A stretch of 63,819 bases of DNA, counting the filler, from a bacterium (GTDB lineage Bacteria; JAJRZV01), in the NCBI GenBank assembly GCA_024275095.1. It is 4 parts of 4 records of this genome, joined end to end, with 100 filler letters (N's around TTAATTAATTAA, not from the genome) between each part and the next. Parts side by side here need not be neighbours in the genome. Positions count along the whole stretch, not along the records: positions 1 to 25,178 come from JAJRZV010000045.1; 3 more parts are not named here. One strand, written 5' to 3'. The notes below the pieces were generated by a model. The model had not been told where the DNA came from. It saw nothing but the letters and a program-made list of their open reading frames with translations, and did not search any database. Made by a program: the position numbers and the translations under genes. Positions within the stretch are counted from its first letter, which is position 1, and each line of letters begins with the position of its first letter. Of this stretch, positions 1-11,687 are shown piece after piece.

Positions 1-169
1 AGTCCTGAAATCATCACATGTGACATCCAGCGATATTACAACAATTCCCTGAGCCTGGGGTACTGCCAGCTGCATAAATGGGTTAAGATACTCGGGAAAC
101 TCTGAATTCCTCTTCGACTTCATGCATATGTGTATAGAGAGGGTGCTCCCTGCAGGAATAAAAAATTCC

Positions 170-1081
170 TTACAGAATGGCACGACGCAGTACCTCTTTC
201 ACCATGACTCCACCTGGAGCCATTACATCCAGTAAATCCAGCCTTAAAAACAGTGGAAGAGCTGGTTCCGCCTCTCCAAAAAACCAGAAACCCGCCAGCA
301 CTTCTGCCACGTGATATGTCCTGTATAAACCATGATCCCTTGCCACATCCTCGGCTGTTTTTTCGCCTTTTTTCAGTTTTTCCCTTATGCGCACAAAATC
401 CAAGATGTCCGTCACTGGCATACGAAACAGGTTTTTTCTCAAATGCGCCAGCACGACCACCAGGTTCCCAGCGTGTGTAAGAACAGGATACGTCAGGTAG
501 GGCACATGCACAACCTGAGAAAAAACATCCCTGGTCAATCCGGATACCGCAGGTGTTACCAAATCCAGTTCGGGCATGCGACCCTTTTTAAACACGGCCC
601 ATTGTCTGAATCGGCCCCTTCTTACTAATCGAAATCCACTCCGCCCCAGTCTGGAAACGGCTTCTCCAAAACATTTCGATGACACGATCACGTCCACATC
701 TGCAGCAACCCTTGCTTCTGCACATGGGTAGTAAATTCGTGCCGTAGAAGCACCCTTCACCACCACCCATTCCAGGTCCCTCAGTATGCCGGTAATCTCT
801 TCCAGCATTTCCTGGGCCAGCATGTGAAAAGCAGCGGAAAGGGAAAACTCTCTGCGAGCTCTTTCACTTACAGGAAGGGGCAAGTTTTTACCGTACTTCC
901 ACAAAGCTGGCCAGCCTTTCGATATATCCGCACACATCTGGAGAAGATTGGTGTCTCCGCCCGATTGCCAGGTGCATCTTTTCCCCATCAAACAATTGAG
1001 AACAAACAATGCTTCAGGAGGCCTGTGATTCATAACAAGTGTATAGAATAGATTAATTCCGTCTCTTTCCCAATGTTTCAT
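170..1081 (-). CDS. Nucleotidyltransferase family protein (NTP_transf_5-like)
   Basis: Motif VVVKGASTARIYYP..EARVAADVDVIV fits the LKG..Y..R..DxD signature of this family; start codon uncertain. Confidence 0.6.
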   Translation of the reverse strand: MKHWERDGINLFYTLVMNHRPPEALFVLNCLMGKRCTWQSGGDTNLLQMCADISKGWPALWKYGKNLPLPVSERARREFSLSAAFHMLAQEMLEEITGILRDLEWVVVKGASTARIYYPCAEARVAADVDVIVSSKCFGEAVSRLGRSGFRLVRRGRFRQWAVFKKGRMPELDLVTPAVSGLTRDVFSQVVHVPYLTYPVLTHAGNLVVVLAHLRKNLFRMPVTDILDFVRIREKLKKGEKTAEDVARDHGLYRTYHVAEVLAGFWFFGEAEPALPLFLRLDLLDVMAPGGVMVKEVLRRAIL

Positions 1082-1184
1082 GAAAATTTTGAACCAGTAG
1101 AATGAAAAAGTGCAGAACTGGTAATATTATGTAGAACAAAACCGGCCGTTTGTAAGCAAGAGCTAAACGCGTGGAGGCCTTTAC

Positions 1185-3489
<2,305 letters not shown>

Positions 3490-3559
3490 ACCGTGTTCTG
3501 AAATGACCTTTTTTTCCTCTTGCAATCTCCCGTATTCCTGAGTGAAAACAGCCTTAAAC

Positions 3560-3915
3560 CTTTTGCGGAAAAAGGTTTATTTATTTTTCTCAAGCAGATT
3601 GCAAAAAACTCTACATTTTTCCTGAATTGAAAAAGTGCTGTGTCCTTAGGAGAATTTAAAACAGCCTGTTCTGCTGCTTCTTTGATTTCATCGGTGGAAA
3701 TAGAATATTTAGAATATTTCTCTGCCAAAAACAGGGCATCCTGAAGATCTTCTTCGGTTAAACGCCTGAGTTTTGCGATTAAAAAATCCAGCGGATGAAG
3801 AACTTTCACTTCCAGCAGTTCATCTTTGTAAATAATTTCAGCTCTATCCGGGCGGGAGTGATACCACTGACCATCGGGATATATCTTCACCCAGGTCTGC
3901 AGGGATACCTCTCTT
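3560..3915 (-). pseudogene. 5'-truncated, frameshifted remnant of a DUF6036-like (AbiEii-superfamily) nucleotidyltransferase
   Basis: One minus frame reads KRGIPADLGEDISRWSVVSLPPG* and another continues DRAEIIYKDELLEVKVLHPLDFLIAKLRRLTEEDLQDALF..SPKDTALFQFRKN (shift near 3846); stop codon just upstream; 9-bp tandem duplication AGAATATTT at 3702-3719. Boundaries approximate; family from recalled similarity. Confidence 0.6.
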
Positions 3916-4141
3916 GTCACATTTGTAAAAATATCACATCTGCACTTCATACAAAACTCACACTCCAAACGTACAGAGTTGAAACGGCCTGCCTCGGTGT
4001 ACAATCTTCGATACCGCTCAGGCACCTTTGTTCCTCCTTTCGCAGAAAAAGCCTGTCCTTTTCCCGGGTTGCCGGTCAGGTAAAAAATTGCCTTTCGTGC
4101 CCGTCTTTTCTCGGGTGGGGCAGCTAACTTTCAATATTTCC

Positions 4142-4170
4142 TTGCAAACCGCGCAATGCTCTTTTATAAG
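4142..4170 (+). promoter_or_regulatory. Putative sigma70 promoter of the TRAP-T operon
   Basis: TTGCAA-N17-TATAAG upstream of SD GGAGGGGG and ATG at 4199. Confidence 0.4.
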
Positions 4171-4198
4171 TAAACAAAACTCTACCTGGAGGGGGAAG

Positions 4199-5056
4199 AT
4201 GCGTAAAAGCATCTCGTTGATCTGTTTGTTAGGGATTTTTTACAGTTGTTCACCCACGCGATTCGTTGTGAACCGTATGGTGCCCACATTCAACGAGGTC
4301 ATGCAGGCAGCCTACGAAATGAACGATCCTCTCATCATGAAAGAGGGTCTACCTTCCAATATCATACTGCTGGAAGGCCTGTCTCACATTTCCCCGCACA
4401 ATTCTCAATTACTGACTCTTACTGCACAGGCTTATTGTTCTTATGCACTCGGCTTTATTGAAGACACCAATCCCGAAAGAGCGAAAAAACTCTATATGCG
4501 TGGGCGCAACTATGCAATCCGGGCACTCAAGGAGAACAAAAAGTTCCGTAAAACCCTGGAGAAGGAAAAGGACTGGCGCAAGGCCGTGGCTGTTCTGGAC
4601 GAAGATGATGTGCCAGCTCTCTTCTGGACAGGCAACTGCTGGGCAGGCTGGCTCAACCTTTCCAAAAAGGATCCCAAAGCGCTCTTCGATATCCCCAACG
4701 TTCTTGCCATCATGGAACGTGTAAAAAAACTCAATGATAAATATTTTTACGGTGGTCCGCACCTCTTTTTCGCACTTTACTATGCAGGACTGCCCGCGCT
4801 CATGGGAGGAGGACCTCAAAAGGCAAAAGAGGAATTTGAAAAAGTCTTTGAAATCACAAAGGGCAAGTTTCTGCTGGCCAAAGCATTTTATGCCCGTTTC
4901 TATGCAGCTCTCATCAAAGACGAAGCGCTCTTCGACAAAACCATCGAAGAAGTCCTTTCCACTCCTTCAGACATCGATCCTGAACTCACCCTCATGAATG
5001 AAATTGCCAAAATGAAAGCGAGGTTGTATAAACAGCAAAAACGAGACCTTTTCTGA
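4199..5056 (+). CDS. TRAP transporter TatT component (TPR-like lipoprotein)
   Basis: Lipoprotein-like signal MRKSISLICLLGIFYSC; all-helical; family-like segments AYCSYALGF, ALFWTG..WAGW, YFYGGPH; first gene of a dctP-dctP-dctQ-dctM operon. Start moved to 4199 on SD evidence. Confidence 0.85.
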   Translation: MRKSISLICLLGIFYSCSPTRFVVNRMVPTFNEVMQAAYEMNDPLIMKEGLPSNIILLEGLSHISPHNSQLLTLTAQAYCSYALGFIEDTNPERAKKLYMRGRNYAIRALKENKKFRKTLEKEKDWRKAVAVLDEDDVPALFWTGNCWAGWLNLSKKDPKALFDIPNVLAIMERVKKLNDKYFYGGPHLFFALYYAGLPALMGGGPQKAKEEFEKVFEITKGKFLLAKAFYARFYAALIKDEALFDKTIEEVLSTPSDIDPELTLMNEIAKMKARLYKQQKRDLF

Positions 5057-5070
5057 AGGGGGAATTTCAC

Positions 5071-6093
5071 ATGCGTTACAAGAGGATGCTTGCAGGGGTA
5101 TTCTCCCTTGCAATTTCTGTAATTCCGCTTGAATTACACGCGCTCACCATAAAAATGGGAACACTCGCTCCAGAAGGCACCAACTGGATCGAACTCGCCA
5201 AGAAATTCAGCAAACACATCGAAGAGTTCAGCAACGGTCAGGTGCGATTTGTATGGTACACCGGTGGGGTTATGGGTGACGAACCAGACATGATCCGCAA
5301 AATCAAGTTGGGACAATTGAACGGCGGCGGTTTTACCGGAATGGGCCTTGGCATTATCGTCCCCGAAGTTCGAACTTTAGAGCTTCCTCTTCTCTTTGAT
5401 TCTTATGAAGAGGTGGATTACGTACTGCAAAAAACACTGCCCGATTTCAAAGAACGATTCCGAAATCACGGGCTTGAATTTTTAGGATGGGCAGAAAACG
5501 GGTTCGTGTACGCGTTTTCCAATGTTCCCATTGTCACCATTGAAGATCTCAAAAAAATCAAGATGTGGGTATGGGCTGGGGATTCATTTGCCCAGGAGGT
5601 GTTTTCCTCACTTGGAGCAATATCCCCTATACCCATGCAGGTGACCGGAGTGCTCATGGGTCTCCAAACAGGCATGATCAATGCTTTCTACAACACCCTT
5701 CTCGGTACCGTGGCACTCCAGTGGTATACGCAGGTGAAGTATCTCATGGACAGGCCATTGACCTATAGTGCCTCGGCCCTGATCATCAGCTCCCGTACGT
5801 GGAAAAAAATTCCAGCCAACATCCAGGCAGAAATTCAAGAAAAAGGAAGGGAACTTATTGATGAGATGAAAAAAATCGCCCGCGCTGACAATGCAAAGGC
5901 AAAAAAAGCCATGTTAGAAGCAGGCATTACCCCTGTGAAGCCCTCTGACGCACTGATCAACTTTTTCAAAAAGAACGTAAAGAAAGCATATAAGAACCTG
6001 GAAGGTAAATTCTATGACAAGGGCTTCCTTGAAAAAATTCAGTTCTATATCAACGAATACCGCAGCACTCACAAGGCCACCAATAAAAAGTGA
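5071..6093 (+). CDS. dctP: TRAP substrate-binding protein DctP (TatP-type), copy 1
   Basis: Signal peptide, IKMGTLAPEGTNW, GGVMGDE, LELPLLF, LQTGMINAF. Confidence 0.9.
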   Translation: MRYKRMLAGVFSLAISVIPLELHALTIKMGTLAPEGTNWIELAKKFSKHIEEFSNGQVRFVWYTGGVMGDEPDMIRKIKLGQLNGGGFTGMGLGIIVPEVRTLELPLLFDSYEEVDYVLQKTLPDFKERFRNHGLEFLGWAENGFVYAFSNVPIVTIEDLKKIKMWVWAGDSFAQEVFSSLGAISPIPMQVTGVLMGLQTGMINAFYNTLLGTVALQWYTQVKYLMDRPLTYSASALIISSRTWKKIPANIQAEIQEKGRELIDEMKKIARADNAKAKKAMLEAGITPVKPSDALINFFKKNVKKAYKNLEGKFYDKGFLEKIQFYINEYRSTHKATNKK

Positions 6094-7130
6094 TGACAAT
6101 GCAGAGCGAAAACCTTTGCAAAAGTATCATTTTATTGCTGATATCCTTCTTAACCTTTTTGACACCAGGACATTCCCGCGCAGCAACAGAGAAAGCGAAG
6201 GTGGTCAAATTTGGAACTCTTGCCCCCGAAGGATCAACCTGGCTTGAGCAGTGGAAAAATATCGCACGAGAAATTGAGGAAAAAGCTGGTGGCACGATCC
6301 GCATAAAAACCTACGGGGGCGGTGTGCTGGGAGATGAAATAGACATGCTCAGACTGATGAAATTGGGCCAGCTCCAGGTGGGTGGTTTTACGGTTCTGGG
6401 CATCACCAAAGCTGTCCCTGAAATGGCGGTTCTCGAGCTCCCTTTTCTTTTCAGAAATTTTAAAGAAATTGACTATATTCGTAAAAAGATGCTCTCTGAG
6501 TTCCAGAAATACTTTGAGAAGAGGGGATTCATTCTTCTTACATGGTTGGACCAGGGGTTTGTAAAGATTTATTCCCAAAAACCCCTTCAAAGCCTGCAGG
6601 ACCTGAGGAACGCACGTGTATGGGCATGGAGCGGAGAGGAAATGGCCATTAAAACCTTTGAAGCATGGGGAATAAAGCCCATACCACTGCCTGTACCGGA
6701 TGTGTACATGGGGCTACAGGCAGGCATCATTGACACCATTTACACCACACCACTTGCATGCGTGGCACTGCAGTGGTTTACCAATATCAATTACATTATC
6801 GACATTAACATGCGATATGAACCCGGAGCCATCATTGGAACCAGGCGCTACTGGGAATCTTTGAGCCCCCGTGAAAAAGAGATAACCCTGGAAGCAAATA
6901 AAAAACATCTTGATGCTGTACTCGAGTCTGTCAGAAGAGACCAGGACAAGGCGTATCAGGAAATGATCCATCATGGCAAAAAAGTCATCCATTTCAGCAA
7001 AGCAGATATGGAAGCTATACAGAAAGCATCGCGCAAATTCTGGTTTGAATTAGCTGACAAACTTTATCCCCGCTCTCTTCTGGAAAAGATTCTCCGCCAC
7101 CTTGAGGAATACAGGAGCCAGAAAAAATGA
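6093..7130 (+). CDS. dctP: TRAP substrate-binding protein DctP (TatP-type), copy 2
   Basis: VKFGTLAPEGSTW, GGGVLGDE, LELPFLF, LQAGIIDT; TGATG overlap with copy 1. Confidence 0.9.
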   Translation: MTMQSENLCKSIILLLISFLTFLTPGHSRAATEKAKVVKFGTLAPEGSTWLEQWKNIAREIEEKAGGTIRIKTYGGGVLGDEIDMLRLMKLGQLQVGGFTVLGITKAVPEMAVLELPFLFRNFKEIDYIRKKMLSEFQKYFEKRGFILLTWLDQGFVKIYSQKPLQSLQDLRNARVWAWSGEEMAIKTFEAWGIKPIPLPVPDVYMGLQAGIIDTIYTTPLACVALQWFTNINYIIDINMRYEPGAIIGTRRYWESLSPREKEITLEANKKHLDAVLESVRRDQDKAYQEMIHHGKKVIHFSKADMEAIQKASRKFWFELADKLYPRSLLEKILRHLEEYRSQKK

Positions 7131-7660
7131 ACCTGATGTTGATCTCCCAGATCCTCAAAAAGATAGACGACATCATCGCGTTTGCAGAAGAATATTTCAT
7201 TTACATCGGTCTGGTGGTAATGGTTTTTCTCTCCTTTTTCCAGGTGGCCGCACGCAATCTTTTCTCGTTCGGATTTGTATGGGCAGATGACCTGTTGAGG
7301 CACCTGGTACTGTGGACCGGCTTTATAGGTGCATCCCTGGCCACACGCGAAGGCAAACACATCAACATAGACGTGTTTACACGTCTGCTCGAAGGGTGGC
7401 CCCGGAAAATCACCAGGGCAATAACCTTGCTTGCCAGTGCGGTAGTTTCCTTTTTGCTTTTCCTCGCAGGGATGTATCTCATTCGCATGGAGCGTGAATT
7501 TCCCGACTACCTTGCCTCAATGAACATCCCTATATGGTCCCTGGAACTGGTCTTTCCCATTACCTTCGCCATCATTACTCTCAGGTTTACATTTGCAGCC
7601 ATCGGCGCCCTGATCTTTCCTGAAAAGGAATCCGAACCATCCACGGAGGCTTCACTGTGA
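7127..7660 (+). CDS. dctQ: TRAP transporter small permease
   Basis: Four hydrophobic helices, W.DDLLRHLVLW..FIGASLA..GKHINID; ATGA overlap. Confidence 0.9.
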   Translation: MNLMLISQILKKIDDIIAFAEEYFIYIGLVVMVFLSFFQVAARNLFSFGFVWADDLLRHLVLWTGFIGASLATREGKHINIDVFTRLLEGWPRKITRAITLLASAVVSFLLFLAGMYLIRMEREFPDYLASMNIPIWSLELVFPITFAIITLRFTFAAIGALIFPEKESEPSTEASL

Positions 7661-8937
7661 AAGGTTTTCTTGTCGCTGTTCTTCTTCTTGCATTCGCAAC
7701 GTTCGGAACGCCGCTCTTTGTCATCATCGGGGCAGCTGCTCTTATCGGTCTCCATTTTGTCGCTGATGTCACCATCGCCAGCATCATTTCTGAAATGTAC
7801 CGCCTCTCGTCACAATCATTTCTCATCGCCATTCCCCTCTTTACATTTGCTGGTTACATGCTTGCAGAAAGCAATGCCCCTGAACGACTGGTGGATGTCT
7901 CCCGCGCCTTTTTTGGGTGGCTTCCCGGGGGACTCGCTGTCGTGGCCCTTGTATCGTGTTCAGTTTTCACAGCCCTCACGGGCGCATCAGGGGTTACCAT
8001 CATCGCCCTCGGGGGCATCCTCTATCCCATGCTCAAGCAGGAAAAATACTCTGAAATGTTCAACCTGGGACTCATTACCTCTTCTGGCAGTCTGGGAGTG
8101 TTGTTTCCGCCTTCACTCCCCCTTATCGTCTACGCACTTATTGCAGGTGTCAGCGTGGACAAACTGTTTATTGCAGGGCTGCTTCCCGGCCTGGTCACGA
8201 TTATCTTCCTCAGCATATACAGTGTGGTTAAAGGTGCACAGGAAGAGGTAATCCGTGAACCCTTCTCATGGAAAAAGGCCCTTGTAGCTCTCAAAAATGC
8301 GGGCTGGGAAATTCCCCTGCCCATTATTATTCTCGGTGGCATTTACGGGGGGTATTTCACCGCTGCCGAGGCGGCAGCCATTACGGCTTTTTACGTGTTT
8401 GTAGTGGAAATTTTCATCTACCGCGACATCAAGCTCACACACCTGCCACATATCATGAAAGAGAGCATGGTGCTTGTCGGAGGCATTCTCATCATTCTGG
8501 GAGCGGCACTCGGTTTCACCAATTTCCTCGTGGATCAGCAGGTACCCATGAAACTCCTTCTCTGGATGAAAAAATACTTCGCATCCAAGTGGTCATTTCT
8601 GATAGTGCTCAACATCTTCCTGCTTATCGTGGGATGCCTCATGGATATCTTTTCGGCCATCGTCGTGGTTGTACCTCTTATTGTTCCACTGGCTCGTTCT
8701 TTTGGCATAGATCCCGTACACCTGGGCGTGATATTTCTCGCCAACCTGCAGATTGGCTACTCCACTCCCCCGGTTGGAATAAACCTCTTTATTTCAAGCT
8801 TTCGGTTCTCTCAACCGGTCGTCAAACTTTACCGTGCGACCATTCCGTTTCTCATTATTTTGCTGGCCGCCCTTATCCTCATCACATATTTCCCGTCCCT
8901 GAGTTTAAAACTCGTGCAGATCTCAGGCGTAAAATAA
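7657..8937 (+). CDS. dctM: TRAP transporter large permease
   Basis: Polytopic membrane protein with LIAIPLFTFAG, GSLGVLFPPS, STPPVGINLF. Confidence 0.95.
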   Translation: MKGFLVAVLLLAFATFGTPLFVIIGAAALIGLHFVADVTIASIISEMYRLSSQSFLIAIPLFTFAGYMLAESNAPERLVDVSRAFFGWLPGGLAVVALVSCSVFTALTGASGVTIIALGGILYPMLKQEKYSEMFNLGLITSSGSLGVLFPPSLPLIVYALIAGVSVDKLFIAGLLPGLVTIIFLSIYSVVKGAQEEVIREPFSWKKALVALKNAGWEIPLPIIILGGIYGGYFTAAEAAAITAFYVFVVEIFIYRDIKLTHLPHIMKESMVLVGGILIILGAALGFTNFLVDQQVPMKLLLWMKKYFASKWSFLIVLNIFLLIVGCLMDIFSAIVVVVPLIVPLARSFGIDPVHLGVIFLANLQIGYSTPPVGINLFISSFRFSQPVVKLYRATIPFLIILLAALILITYFPSLSLKLVQISGVK

Positions 8938-8952
8938 AGGAGGTGAAAGGGA

Positions 8953-9231
8953 GTGGACAAACAAGAGACCAAAGGTATACGCATAAAAATCAACGATGAT
9001 GTGCTCAAAGGCACCTATGCGAACAACGCTGTGATTGGTCACACTCGAGAAGAATTCATCATTGACTTTATCAACGTATTTCCTCCCGAAGGCATTGTCA
9101 CAGCCCGCATCATAGTCAGTCCAGGACACATGAAACGCATACTCCGGGCCATGCAGGAAAACCTCAAAAAATATGAAGAAAAATACGGAGAAATTCAGGA
9201 AGCCTATCTGCCTCAAGCCCAGGTTCAGTAA
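8953..9231 (+). CDS. DUF3467 family protein
   Basis: GTYAN..IGHTREEFIIDF..ARIIVSPGHMKRILRAMQENLKKYEEKYGEI; SD GGAGGTGA upstream. Confidence 0.85.
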   Translation: MDKQETKGIRIKINDDVLKGTYANNAVIGHTREEFIIDFINVFPPEGIVTARIIVSPGHMKRILRAMQENLKKYEEKYGEIQEAYLPQAQVQ

Positions 9232-9244
9232 AAAATCAGGTTAC

Positions 9245-11560
9245 TCAACGGCGTAATTTTACAACAGTAACACCATCGCCGCCTTCGTGTGGAAGACCAG
9301 AACGTACCTCCTCGACATAAGGAAAACCGCGGAGATGTTTCATAAGGGCTCTTTTGAGAACGCCCTCGCCCTTTCCGTGAACAATGTACACATAATTCAG
9401 ATTTTTCAAGAGCGCCGTGTCCATAAACACATTCACTTTCTCGAGAGCGTCCTCAACTCTCATTTTGCGAATATAGCATGTATTTTCAGCAGTCATTACG
9501 GGGAAAGAGATATCGTCTACGAGCCTTACAGGAACGTCCGAAAAAACCTGTACAGGATCTGCAACCTGCGCTCGTTCAACCGGCACTACCTCTCCTGTAT
9601 CAACCCGCCATTTTATCCCCCGGATTTCAACAGTTACTGTACCATCACGGTGAACCTCTATGATTTTTCCAACATCTCCTGTAATTTTCATCTTCACATC
9701 CTGCCCTACACCCACTTCCGGCACGGGAAAAGAGCCAGGATCCACCACAGCCTCCGCTTCCTTTCTCACCCGCGTTAGTGTTCGTTCAATAGCTTTTACG
9801 GAAGGTTTCTTTTCCTTTTTCAGTTTTTCAATCTCTTCCACACCTTTTCTAATCACCTCATCAACTGCCCGTCTCATCCTGGCTCTCAGTTCCTCTCTGA
9901 ACCGCTTTCTTTCTTTTTCCAGCTTCTTCTTTTCGGCCTCCACGCGGGTTAATTCCTCTGTCAGGGTCTTCTTCAGTTTTGCGATTTCATCCCGATCTTT
10001 TTCGGCGTTTTCAATAAGAGCGGTGAGGTGAGCAAATTCAGCGTCAAGATACTGATGCGCACGATCAACAACCTCCGGTGGGAAACCAGTCCTACGAGCA
10101 ATATCTATTCCGTGAGTGAATTCCAGCACCCGTGGCTGGAACCGGTAGGTAGGCCCGCTCTTTTCCGAAGAATACCCCATTGACCCCCACTCGCACCATG
10201 GATATTCTGCAGCAGTGAATACCCCCTCAATAAGATTCGATGTCACAACCACATCTACTCCCCTTTCAACCAGAACTTCCATAACCGCACGCTCAAGTGC
10301 CAGTGCCTCCCTGAGGCTGGTGCCAGCAAATGGCTCGTCCAGAAGCACAAGGTCTCCATCCCGAGCCTCATGCAAAATCCGTGAAAGAACCGCCATCCTT
10401 CCTGAAAAGGACGAAAGGCCCTGGGATATATCCTGATAATCTCCGATAAGTGTGAAGATATGACGGTAATAGCGCAGAAAAACATTATCTCTTGAAGGAA
10501 CAAACAACCCCCGCGATGCCATCCACATACACGCTCCCAGAGCCTTGAGCAGAACGGTCTTTCCACCTGCATTGGGCCCGATGATATAAAGGGCCGCCTT
10601 GTTTTCTTTCAGTTCTATGCTACTTGGTACAGGGTCTTTGCCCATCGCCAGCAACTGGGGCGAACGCATTGCTTCTACCTTCATATAATCTGAAAACTCA
10701 GGCCGTGATGCCCTCCACTTCTTCGCAAGTCTGGCTCTGGCAAATACTGCATCCACCTCTCCCACAAATCTCATGCACTTTTCAAGTTCAGAAGAGACCC
10801 CCCGCACTGTTTCTGTAAGGTCCCTGAGAATCCGGTAAATTTCACTTTCTATTCCGCTTTCTATGTTCATCATTTGATTGTTCAGGCCTATTACTTCCTG
10901 AGGTTCCACGTAAACAGTGCGCTCTGTTTGGGAAGTACCCAGGATAATCCCTTTTACTTTACTGCCCCACTCAATTTTCACAGGAAGAACCGCACGGCCG
11001 TTTCTGAGTGTCCAGTAATCATCCTGCAAAAAATCTCTGTATTTCTCCATTAAACCTTCCATTGCGTCAACAAGCTTCGCACGTGTGGTGATTTTATCCC
11101 GTAAAAGCGTCCGCAGTTTTTGTGAGGCATTTTCCTTGACCTTTCCCTCTTCAGTAATTTTTCCTTCTATCTCCCAGATGATTCCCACAGGAGGAGAAAC
11201 GTTCCTGGCCCAGGAAGTTATAATTTCCCCGGCACCTTTCAAGAGACGATTTCTACAATCCGCGACCTTCTCCACAAAACGGGCGATACTCACAAGCTCC
11301 ACCGGTTCAGGCAGTACACCTGCATTGATACGTGCCAGGGTCTCGTGTACATCGGGTATATCATCCAATCCGAGGTCACCTTGCGATTTCAAAAAATCCA
11401 GTGCTTCCTCTGTTTCTGCAAGCAGAATCCTCGCCTCTTCCACACCTGAGGAACAGGTGTTCATCAACACATCCCTTGCATAGGGGGTTTGTATACACCT
11501 GCAGAGCTCCTCGAATATGAGGTGTATATCCAGGTCCTGGATAATCCTGTTATCGCTCAT
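9245..11560 (-). CDS. mutS2: MutS2 family protein with KOW and Smr domains (divergent ATPase motifs)
   Basis: TLRNGRAVLPVK, SQTERTVYVEP, Walker A GPNAGGKT, Walker B VLLDE, Smr IVHGKGEGVLK..EGGDGVTVV. Confidence 0.92.
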   Translation of the reverse strand: MSDNRIIQDLDIHLIFEELCRCIQTPYARDVLMNTCSSGVEEARILLAETEEALDFLKSQGDLGLDDIPDVHETLARINAGVLPEPVELVSIARFVEKVADCRNRLLKGAGEIITSWARNVSPPVGIIWEIEGKITEEGKVKENASQKLRTLLRDKITTRAKLVDAMEGLMEKYRDFLQDDYWTLRNGRAVLPVKIEWGSKVKGIILGTSQTERTVYVEPQEVIGLNNQMMNIESGIESEIYRILRDLTETVRGVSSELEKCMRFVGEVDAVFARARLAKKWRASRPEFSDYMKVEAMRSPQLLAMGKDPVPSSIELKENKAALYIIGPNAGGKTVLLKALGACMWMASRGLFVPSRDNVFLRYYRHIFTLIGDYQDISQGLSSFSGRMAVLSRILHEARDGDLVLLDEPFAGTSLREALALERAVMEVLVERGVDVVVTSNLIEGVFTAAEYPWCEWGSMGYSSEKSGPTYRFQPRVLEFTHGIDIARRTGFPPEVVDRAHQYLDAEFAHLTALIENAEKDRDEIAKLKKTLTEELTRVEAEKKKLEKERKRFREELRARMRRAVDEVIRKGVEEIEKLKKEKKPSVKAIERTLTRVRKEAEAVVDPGSFPVPEVGVGQDVKMKITGDVGKIIEVHRDGTVTVEIRGIKWRVDTGEVVPVERAQVADPVQVFSDVPVRLVDDISFPVMTAENTCYIRKMRVEDALEKVNVFMDTALLKNLNYVYIVHGKGEGVLKRALMKHLRGFPYVEEVRSGLPHEGGDGVTVVKLRR

Positions 11561-11687
11561 GAGACAAAATAATTTTAACACAGGCTCTGTGTTGTATCCT
11601 GAGGTCTCTGCAGCGAAACCTCAAATTCTCTTGACCCTCCCCGGACCTTCGGTCATTTTAATTAAAAACACTAAAAGGAGGTGAATC

